A stretch of DNA of 64,000 bases from Saprospiraceae bacterium (GTDB lineage Bacteria > Bacteroidota > Bacteroidia > Chitinophagales > Saprospiraceae): contig JBELML010000010.1 of NCBI GenBank assembly GCA_042095835.1, forward strand, positions 21,186 through 85,185. The letters run 5' to 3'. Below the pieces are notes generated by a model that saw only the letters and a program-made list of their open reading frames with translations, searched no databases and was not told the DNA's origin. Shown here in pieces: positions 54,664-62,468 of this stretch; position 1 is the stretch's first letter, and each line of letters opens with the position of its first letter. The position numbers and the translations under genes are program-made.

Positions 54664-56832
54664 ATGCATATAGACCAGCTATTACAACAAATGACCCTGG
54701 AGGAAAAAGTGGGTCAGATGACACAAGTCTCTATCGACATTCTACATCATGGAGAACCTATGAAAATTGAGCTTCCTCCACGGATCAATGAAGAAGCTTT
54801 CGACACTCTTGTCCGCAAAAAAATGGTGGGTTCTATTTTGAACGTACCGAGTGGCTACCTACCTAGCCGCCAAGAATGGTATGAGTTGATCAAAAAGATT
54901 CAAGACAAAGCAGAAGAAACCCGCTTGAAAATTCCCGTTCTCTATGGTATTGATGCCATCCACGGCGTCAACTATTGTAAAGATGCTACGCTTTTTCCGC
55001 AACCCTTAAGTATAGGCGCCTCTTTCAATCTCGAAAAAGCAGCACAAATCGCTGAAGCTACTGCTTACGAATGCAGAGCCGCATCTATGCCCTGGAATTT
55101 TTCCCCAGCCCTTGATGTGGGACGCAACGTAGAGTGGCCCAGAATGTGGGAGTCTTTCGGTGAGGATGTCTACCTCAATACTGTCATGGGGGTCGCTACC
55201 GTGAAAGGATACCAGGGAGATGACCCTAGCGCTAAAGACAAAGTCGCCGCTTGCCTCAAACATTTTACGGGCTATGGTATACCCTTGAGTGGTAAAGATC
55301 GAACACCAGCCTGGATTCCCGAGCGCTACCTGAGAGAATATTTCCTCCCTGCCTATGAAGCAACCATTGAAGCTGGCGCCTTAAGTATCATGATTAATTC
55401 AGGTGAAATCAACGGTATACCTGTACACGCTAGCCATTATTTATTGACAGAAATTCTACGCGGTGAGCTCGGCTTTGAAGGGCTATTGGTGACCGATTGG
55501 AGAGACATTATCTATCTACATACTCGCCACCGCATTGCTCCTACCATGAAAGAAGCGGTACGCTTGGCAGTAGAAGCAGGTGTAGATATGAGCATGACTC
55601 CTTTTAATACAGAATTCACCGATCTATTGATAGAATTGGTGAGAGAAGGCAGTATCAGTATGGATAGAATCGACACTTCCGTACGAAGAATTCTAGCAGT
55701 CAAACAACAATTGGGTTTATTTGACGAAGCGGTACATCTACCTGCTGATTATCCAGCCTTTGGAGGACAAGAGCATCAACAATTGAGCTACGACAGTGCT
55801 GCGGAGTCTATTGTTTTATTAAAAAATGAAGATCAGCTCCTCCCTTTAGCCAAGGACGCCAAAATTTTAGTCTGCGGTCCTGCAGCCAATAACCAGCGGG
55901 CCCTTAATGGTGGATGGACCTCCTCCTGGCAAGGAGATATGGCAGACGAGGCCCTCCGTAATCATCCTACTATTTTGGAAGCCATTAAAGATCGACAAGG
56001 CGATCACTTCTTTGAATACCGTGAAGGAGTCAATTATGAGGTTGAAGTCGATTTCCGAGAAGCCATTTGGAAAGCCCAGGAAGCAGACTATATCGTACTT
56101 TGCTTAGGAGAAGATAGCTATACAGAAGATTGTGGAAACCTCAATGATTTGCACATTCCTGACCATCAAATGCACCTCGCTTTAGCTATGGTAGAGACTG
56201 GCAAGCCCGTCATTTTGGTACTTGCTGAAGGTCGCCCAAGAATCATTAGTCAATTTGAAAAAGAAGTAAAAGCGGTATTAGCTTGCTTTTATCCGGGCCC
56301 GAGAGGTGGAGAAGCCCTGGCAGATATTCTTTTCGGAAAAGTGAACCCAAGCGCTAAAATGCCCTTCACCTATCCGCAATATGCCAACTCTCTCGTTCCT
56401 TATGATCATAAATATACCGAAGATAGAGATGTCGATGAATCTGGTCTATCCTTCAACCCACAATATGCGTTTGGACATGGCCTAAGCTACACTAGCTTTG
56501 AATACAGTGATCTACAACTAAACCAAAAGAGCTATAAAGCCGACGAACATATTCAACTGAGCCTCATCGTAAAAAATACCGGCCAACGCAGTGGTAAAGA
56601 AGCCGTACTCGTCTATATAAGTGATCTCTATGCCAGTATCACCCCTCCAGTAAAACGGTTAAGAGCATTCGACAAAATCGAGCTTGCCGCCGGCGAAAGT
56701 AAAGAAATCCGCTTCTCGATCAACCCTTCAGACTTATCTTTTGTTGGTCAAAACAACGAGTGGATATTAGAGGCAGGGACTTTCAAAGTAGAGATTGGTT
56801 CGTTGTCGCAGGAGTTTGAATTGTTGGGTTAA
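54664..56832 (+). CDS. bglX: Glycoside hydrolase family 3 beta-glucosidase
   Basis: N-terminal LEEKVGQMTQ, the nucleophile region GFEGLLVTDW, and a C-terminal fibronectin-like domain. The length (722 aa) is typical, and no signal peptide is evident. Confidence 0.85.
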   Translation: MHIDQLLQQMTLEEKVGQMTQVSIDILHHGEPMKIELPPRINEEAFDTLVRKKMVGSILNVPSGYLPSRQEWYELIKKIQDKAEETRLKIPVLYGIDAIHGVNYCKDATLFPQPLSIGASFNLEKAAQIAEATAYECRAASMPWNFSPALDVGRNVEWPRMWESFGEDVYLNTVMGVATVKGYQGDDPSAKDKVAACLKHFTGYGIPLSGKDRTPAWIPERYLREYFLPAYEATIEAGALSIMINSGEINGIPVHASHYLLTEILRGELGFEGLLVTDWRDIIYLHTRHRIAPTMKEAVRLAVEAGVDMSMTPFNTEFTDLLIELVREGSISMDRIDTSVRRILAVKQQLGLFDEAVHLPADYPAFGGQEHQQLSYDSAAESIVLLKNEDQLLPLAKDAKILVCGPAANNQRALNGGWTSSWQGDMADEALRNHPTILEAIKDRQGDHFFEYREGVNYEVEVDFREAIWKAQEADYIVLCLGEDSYTEDCGNLNDLHIPDHQMHLALAMVETGKPVILVLAEGRPRIISQFEKEVKAVLACFYPGPRGGEALADILFGKVNPSAKMPFTYPQYANSLVPYDHKYTEDRDVDESGLSFNPQYAFGHGLSYTSFEYSDLQLNQKSYKADEHIQLSLIVKNTGQRSGKEAVLVYISDLYASITPPVKRLRAFDKIELAAGESKEIRFSINPSDLSFVGQNNEWILEAGTFKVEIGSLSQEFELLG

Positions 56833-57050
56833 TGGGCTTAGAGTTTAGGGGGTTATGAGGTTATATGTTTATGAGTTTATGAGTTTATGAGGTTAAGAAG
56901 GCGACGCTTGGAATCTTTCGTTAGTAGAAGGTTAGGGGGTTATGAGTTTAGTGGGTTATGAGGTTATGAGTTTATGAGGTTATGAAGGCGACGCTTGGAA
57001 CCTTTCGTTAGTAGAGGGTTAGTGGGTTATGAGTTTATGAGATTTAGGTA
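56833..57050 (+). repeat. C-poor G/T-rich repeat block with about 2.5 copies of an 87-bp unit built of GTTTATGA/GGTTATGA octamers plus the 32-nt core
   Basis: Cores aggcgacgcttggaatctttcgttagtagaagg (56899..56931) and aggcgacgcttggaacctttcgttagtagaggg (56986..57018) lie 87 nt apart. They belong to the same family as the core at 54164, and in the same orientation. Confidence 0.8.
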
Positions 57051-57102
57051 GGTATACTTCTATGTAACCTATTGTTCCTATTGTGGTTTAAAATAGAATA
57101 CT

Positions 57103-57624
57103 ATGTCAGCAAGTGCAACTATGCCATACTTTATCAAACCGTCTGTCCAACTCAGCAGGCAGGAGAAAAAGGCCGCTTACGAAGAAGCGATCGCAGGAAT
57201 TGAGGCCAATCTAATCGGCATTGACAACCCAGTGACGAAGATGGCGACCATCAACGCTCTGCTCAAGACTTATCTCCCCTACTACTATTGGGTAGGCTTC
57301 TATTTGGTAGAAAATGGACGATTGGTTGTGGGGCCTTACCAGGGTACGCTTGGATGTATTTTTATTGATTTTTCTAGAGGCGTCTGTGGTAAAGCAGCTA
57401 GAGAGCAAAAAACCCAAATCGTCGGTGATGTACACGCACTAGACCAAAGCAAGGATCACATCGCCTGCGATCCCAACTCTGCTTCTGAGATTGTTGTCCC
57501 TGTTTTTAATGATAAAAAAGAGTTGATAGCTGTCTTTGATGTAGATAGCACCTTGCCTAAGTCATTTGATGAAATAGATCAGCAGTATTTAGAAGCTTTA
57601 ATCCAAAAGCATTTTGCAGGGTGA
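57103..57624 (+). CDS. msrC: GAF-domain free methionine-(R)-sulfoxide reductase (fRMsr/YebR-like)
   Basis: GPYQGTLGCIFIDFSRGVCGKAA and DHIACDPNSASEIVVPVF match the fRMsr Cys-containing motifs, at 173 aa. Confidence 0.8.
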   Translation: MSASATMPYFIKPSVQLSRQEKKAAYEEAIAGIEANLIGIDNPVTKMATINALLKTYLPYYYWVGFYLVENGRLVVGPYQGTLGCIFIDFSRGVCGKAAREQKTQIVGDVHALDQSKDHIACDPNSASEIVVPVFNDKKELIAVFDVDSTLPKSFDEIDQQYLEALIQKHFAG

Positions 57625-58005
57625 ATCTAGATTTCTTCTTATTTGATTTTGGCTCTTGAGCTACGAGGCTTGGCAAAACGAGGTACTTTAGAGGAAATTC
57701 CTCTTCCTTCGTGTGGAAACCTACGCCAAAGCGGTATTTTTCCTAGGCAACTTTCTATATTTTTCTAGCTCGACTATTTCTCCGAAATAACGTCGATTGG
57801 AGTCTCTAAAAAAGCTTGATCTTATTGAGATCGCAACTCTTCTTTTTCAATTTCACTCAATTGTTGAGCATTCATAAATAAAGGTTAGCAAGCGAATACT
57901 ACTAGTATCATATTTTTTCATAGTGGTGGTTTTTAATAGCAACGCGCAAGAAGGGAATCAAGTCTTAAATTGAGAATTTTTCAAAAAACCAAGGCGTACT
58001 ACTTG

Positions 58006-58062
58006 ACTAGTACACTAAAAGTATTTATACTTGCAGTGCACTAATCAACTAGTACACTAAAA
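58006..58062 (+). promoter_or_regulatory. Candidate GntR/YtrA operator: two 15-nt direct repeats ACTAGTACACTAAAA, 42 nt apart
   Basis: Exact 15-mers at 58006..58020 and 58048..58062; the second ends 10 nt before the ATG of the ABC gene. Each contains the inverted half-sites TAGT-AC-ACTA. The operon encodes a YtrA-like GntR regulator. Confidence 0.45.
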
Positions 58063-58072
58063 CACTTCGGGT

Positions 58073-58930
58073 ATGATTGAACTCCATAACATACATTTTA
58101 GCTATAAAAAGAAGAAGCCTCTACTACAAGGTATCCATTTGGACCTTGATCCAGGAGTCGTATATGGTCTCTTTGGACTCAACGGTGAAGGAAAATCTAC
58201 ACTACTCCGTCTTCTACAAGGTTTATTATTTCCTAAGAAAGGGAATATCATTATTGAGGGTTACCAACCTAAAAGAAGGCAAGTTACATTTCTGCAAAAG
58301 GTATTTCTACTACCTGAAAATCACGTAAAAGGTGGACAAGGGACACTAGGGAAATTTAAGTCGATTTACGCTCCTTTTTATCCTAATTTCTCTAACGAGC
58401 AATACCAATCTATCCTATCTCAATTTGGATTGCATGAAAAACTGCGCTTCGCTAAATTATCGACAGGAGAGCTTAAAAAAGCATGGCTCAGTTTTGCCTT
58501 AGCTAGCAACACGCCCATCCTACTGCTAGACGAACCTACCAATGGACTAGATATTCCCTCTAAAACTATTTTCAGGCGACTACTCGCCGACACGATTGAC
58601 GATGACCGTACAATCCTCATTGCAACGCACCAAATCAGAGATGTGCACCATCTGATAGATCATTTCCTGATGCTAAAAGAGGGCCAAATGGTCTTCGATC
58701 AAAGCTTGCTTGAGATACAAGAACATTTCCATTTTGAAATTGTACGCAAAGAACCTGATCCAGCAACCTATCTCTACTACGAGCGCGTACCTGGCGGCTA
58801 CTTCACTCTCTCAAAATCAAACGGCTACCAGGAATCCTTAGACCCTGATCTTGAGTTTCTGTTCAACGCGATCAATGCTCAGCCATCTAATTTTATTTCT
58901 AAAGCCCAAAAAGTCAATAGCCATGCATAA
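58073..58930 (+). CDS. ABC transporter ATP-binding protein (YtrB-like)
   Basis: Walker A GLFGLNGEGKST, a degenerate signature LSTGELKK, and Walker B ILLLDEPTNGLD. Confidence 0.85.
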   Translation: MIELHNIHFSYKKKKPLLQGIHLDLDPGVVYGLFGLNGEGKSTLLRLLQGLLFPKKGNIIIEGYQPKRRQVTFLQKVFLLPENHVKGGQGTLGKFKSIYAPFYPNFSNEQYQSILSQFGLHEKLRFAKLSTGELKKAWLSFALASNTPILLLDEPTNGLDIPSKTIFRRLLADTIDDDRTILIATHQIRDVHHLIDHFLMLKEGQMVFDQSLLEIQEHFHFEIVRKEPDPATYLYYERVPGGYFTLSKSNGYQESLDPDLEFLFNAINAQPSNFISKAQKVNSHA

Positions 58931-59741
58931 TAAAACATTTTCCTGGCAGCGAGTGCTGCTGCTACTTCGGCAGGATTGGTATAATATTCGATCATTCATT
59001 TTATTCACATTGGTTGGTTCTTATGCCTCTATGATTGGTTTTATGTTGTATCAACAAAGTCAAAAATGGGCCCGGCTCAATCTATCTTCTTTGGGGCTTC
59101 GTGAAGAATTGGTTTTAGACATGTTCTTTTATTACATCGAGTATTTTCCTCTATATTTTGGAATTAATCTATTTGCTTGTTGCAGTGTGGCCTACGCTAA
59201 TCATATCACCAAACAGGGAACAAGTTGGCACCTGGGTTTGCCAGGATCGCTAAATGAGAAATGGTTGAGCAAAATCATATTGTTTCTGATCATCACTCCG
59301 GTACTCATTTCGCTAATCTTTCTGTTAATCGCTAACGTGCACATGGTATTCATATCCACAAAAGGTCATGCTGTGCGTTGGATAATGCCTCATGACTTAC
59401 AGGTACTGGCATATGTAGTTCCGATATGGGTATTTGGGGCTTCTATATTTCTCATTTCTAGCTGGCAGCCTCGCTACACGTGGGCAAAGGCCCTTGTCTT
59501 TTTAGTGGGGATTTTGTTCATCTTTTTTTTTGTTGGACCTTTTATTTCAACGAGAGTAAGCGGATTACCTTTCATGCATACTTTTCAAGATCCAGCAATT
59601 CGTTCACTACCTTCCGAAATTTGGGATTTAAGCAGAGCAGAAAATGATTTCCTACAGACCTACCTCAGGACAGCTGTTTACCTCTTTTCTTTATGTTGTT
59701 TAGTTGCCAGCTATTTTTCCATTCGCGAAAAACAAGTGTAG
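58923..59741 (+). CDS. Polytopic membrane protein (putative permease partner)
   Basis: The ATG at 58923 overlaps the ATPase stop by 8 nt (ATGCATAA). It has about six hydrophobic helices and no recognisable family motif. Confidence 0.6.
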   Translation: MHNKTFSWQRVLLLLRQDWYNIRSFILFTLVGSYASMIGFMLYQQSQKWARLNLSSLGLREELVLDMFFYYIEYFPLYFGINLFACCSVAYANHITKQGTSWHLGLPGSLNEKWLSKIILFLIITPVLISLIFLLIANVHMVFISTKGHAVRWIMPHDLQVLAYVVPIWVFGASIFLISSWQPRYTWAKALVFLVGILFIFFFVGPFISTRVSGLPFMHTFQDPAIRSLPSEIWDLSRAENDFLQTYLRTAVYLFSLCCLVASYFSIREKQV

Positions 59742-59743
59742 TT

Positions 59744-60133
59744 ATGCAGTTCCAAGATCCAAAACCAATCTATCGGCAAATTGCTGACTTCATTTTAGAG
59801 AATATTCTTTCTGAAGTGCTAAAACCAGGTGATCGTGTTCGGTCCGTAAGAGCTTTAGCCAAGGAAATTGAAGTCAACCCAAATACGGTAGTTCGTAGCT
59901 ATAACTACCTCAACGAAGTAGGAGTTATTGAGAATAAGCGTGGGGTTGGCTACTTTATTAGCTCGGCTGCTGCATCTACTGCCAAAACCATTAAGCGTAA
60001 AGAGTTCATTGAGAATCAATTACCGACCATCTACCATAATATGGAATTACTGGGAATTGAATTGACCGAACTTGAAGAACTATTTAACGATATTCCAGAA
60101 ATAAAATATTCATTCATATTAAATAAACTCTAA
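59744..60133 (+). CDS. GntR-family transcriptional regulator, YtrA subfamily (short C-terminal domain)
   Basis: PIYRQIADFILENI...GDRVRSVRALAKEIEVNPNTVVRSYNYL is a GntR winged-helix domain. The roughly 130-aa length is typical of YtrA-like regulators. The ATG lies 2 nt after the upstream stop. Confidence 0.85.
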   Translation: MQFQDPKPIYRQIADFILENILSEVLKPGDRVRSVRALAKEIEVNPNTVVRSYNYLNEVGVIENKRGVGYFISSAAASTAKTIKRKEFIENQLPTIYHNMELLGIELTELEELFNDIPEIKYSFILNKL

Positions 60134-60137
60134 ATTC

Positions 60138-61094
60138 ATGACTCGTAGTTATCAAATTTTCACCCTAGGATTATTCCTTTCAAGTATCATTTTTTTTCAG
60201 AGTTACAGCAAACAAGGAAATATTCGCCTGACCAAAAAGCAGGAATTCAGGGCAGATAAAACGCTTTATTCTTGGCAAAGCGATTTTGGCCCAACTGAAG
60301 CTATTCAATTGCCAATAATCCGACATGTAGTAGCAGATTTTCCTAAATATGACATCCTCATCAACCACTCTGAAAGCTTCAATGGCATAAAATACCGTAC
60401 CCTTATCCCTGAATTAAAGCTAAATGATGTAGTTGAGTTTAGAATGAGTAGAGATACTCTTTTTATATACGGTAAAATCAACTTAAATAAAAAGCGTTAC
60501 CGCAATTCTGAAGGAAAGGTTTTTCGTTTCGAAGAAGCTGGTACAATCGGTTTTCCTAGTATGAAATCAATCCATATAAGTGTCCAAACCGATTCTCTAC
60601 AAAGTTTTACTTTATTAAATGATACCTATGGGCAGGTATTCATGCAATTCCCAGAATATACTGATGATAATTTAGGTCGAGTAACTGAATATTTAGATGA
60701 AATTCTAGAGCAAGACTACCATCAAAATAGAATTGAATACCATCTCCATAAAGGAGCCCTCTTATTCTCTTATTTAAACACCAAAAAAATGGATATTACT
60801 TATTACGATGGAGTTCCTTTATTAAATTTAATCCATTTAGTAGGCAAACTAGATCGTCTTAACGTTAACAATCCTGCAGGCAGGGTTGGCTATACAAACG
60901 GTTTTGTTGTTGATTCTTTAATCCTCAAAGGAGAACCCAATATTTATGACTTCTGGGAATTCAGAATCAAAGACTACCTCTATACCGACCTCAAAGGCAA
61001 AAATAAATTCCATCTCAAATACCTACCTTATAAAGAGCCAATCACAGTAGAAGGGCAATTCAGTAAGTATCATTTACTTAGTGAGGTGCAGTAA
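60138..61094 (+). CDS. Hypothetical exported or membrane-anchored protein, last gene of the ABC/GntR operon
   Basis: It starts 4 nt after the GntR stop, has a hydrophobic N-terminus (IFTLGLFLSSIIFF), and has no recognisable domain. Confidence 0.55.
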   Translation: MTRSYQIFTLGLFLSSIIFFQSYSKQGNIRLTKKQEFRADKTLYSWQSDFGPTEAIQLPIIRHVVADFPKYDILINHSESFNGIKYRTLIPELKLNDVVEFRMSRDTLFIYGKINLNKKRYRNSEGKVFRFEEAGTIGFPSMKSIHISVQTDSLQSFTLLNDTYGQVFMQFPEYTDDNLGRVTEYLDEILEQDYHQNRIEYHLHKGALLFSYLNTKKMDITYYDGVPLLNLIHLVGKLDRLNVNNPAGRVGYTNGFVVDSLILKGEPNIYDFWEFRIKDYLYTDLKGKNKFHLKYLPYKEPITVEGQFSKYHLLSEVQ

Positions 61095-61100
61095 AAACAA

Positions 61101-61136
61101 AAATACCATCTTGAGTTCCTCAAGATGGTATTTTTT
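61101..61136. terminator. Bidirectional terminator between convergent genes
   Basis: aaataccatcttgag-ttc-ctcaagatggtattt hairpin with an A-run upstream and a T-run downstream. It sits between the stops at 61094 (+) and 61158 (-). Confidence 0.8.
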
Positions 61137-61157
61137 GAAAGCATTAAGACCAAAAAC

Positions 61158-62000
61158 TTACTGCTTCAAAGCATCAATTCTAGATTGAGCTGCTGCTTTG
61201 TATTTTTCATTTTTCTCGCCTTTCACCATAGAGTAGGCTTCGATCGCCGCATCGTTGTTTCCTAAAATTTGGTTGACGATACCGTGTAGGAGATGATACT
61301 TATCTGCATCTTCACCTTCTGGAAGAGCCGCCACAGAAGCTTGGATTACAGGAAGTGCATCTTCGTTCTTGTCCATTTTGTTAAGAGAAGCTGCTTTGTA
61401 ATAGTTGGCAATGTAGGCATCATTCACCTCTTCTCCTCTTGCTGCCAAGTAAGCATCTGCTAAAGCGATAGACTGCTCATAGTCCTTAGCCTTCACATAT
61501 GCCGAAGAAGAAAAGCGCTGTGCCTTGCTATACATTTTTGGCATTTGCTTCATGGTCTTTTCTGACTTTGCAGCCATGTCTCCTGCCATTACATAGGCGT
61601 TGAGAGCCGCAATCTTATCTTCTCCAATTCCTTCGATTGCCTGGGCTTTTCCAAGGTAGTTACCAAAGTAATCAGGATTCATGGCGATTCCTTTTTCAAA
61701 AAGCTCCAATGCTTTCGCATGATCTCCCCCTTTTCTAGTAGCAGAACCTAAGCGGTAGGCACAAGAAGCACCATTGCGGTTGGCCAACCTAATAACTTTG
61801 AGATCATTTTCTTTGGTAGTATCCGCCTTTGCAAGCGCCTCTTCAAACATAGGAAAGGCTTCTTCGTAAGCTTTCTCTTTCATCTTTGCTAATGCATTAT
61901 TATACAATTTAGCCGGAGATAAATCTTCCTGAGCGATTAAAGAAACGGAGCTTGCGAATAGTAAAGCGAATGTGATTAATTGTGTAGTAAATTTCAACAT
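61158..62000 (-). CDS. Secreted tetratricopeptide-repeat protein
   Basis: Signal peptide followed by repeated A/Y/L helical TPR-like pairs (AYEEAFPMFEEALA, ALELFEKGIAMNPDY, AIEAYSMV). Confidence 0.7.
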   Translation of the reverse strand: MLKFTTQLITFALLFASSVSLIAQEDLSPAKLYNNALAKMKEKAYEEAFPMFEEALAKADTTKENDLKVIRLANRNGASCAYRLGSATRKGGDHAKALELFEKGIAMNPDYFGNYLGKAQAIEGIGEDKIAALNAYVMAGDMAAKSEKTMKQMPKMYSKAQRFSSSAYVKAKDYEQSIALADAYLAARGEEVNDAYIANYYKAASLNKMDKNEDALPVIQASVAALPEGEDADKYHLLHGIVNQILGNNDAAIEAYSMVKGEKNEKYKAAAQSRIDALKQ

Positions 62001-62468
62001 AACAGTAGTAATATCTTAGTAATTTGAATGAATTAATGTGTTAATCAATTAATGCTGATCCCTCAAATACCCCTTCATTATTTTCATCGAGAGTACTGAA
62101 AGCCGCAAAATACCTTCTACAATATTTAATATACAAACCATCAAAGTCCAACATAGATGCTTAGCATCTTGGTATGAATAGCGATGATCTCAGACGTAAT
62201 TAGTGGTTTGTCGTAGTGTTTGTGTTTGCTTTGTATAACTGTCTAGGTGCTCTATAATAACGTTTCAATATTCCTATTTCAGGAAATAAATATTCCTTTT
62301 GCCTACCCAAAAAGATGCATTTTTTTTGGCTTAGGCCAAAAAAAAGGACCGCTTTAACAAAATTTTTATTCTTCTATTTATGCTTTTCAACTTGATTTCA
62401 AGTAAAAAATTATGTCTCAAATAATTGATTATCAACACGCTACCCTTCATAAACGTGGCGCACTGCTA

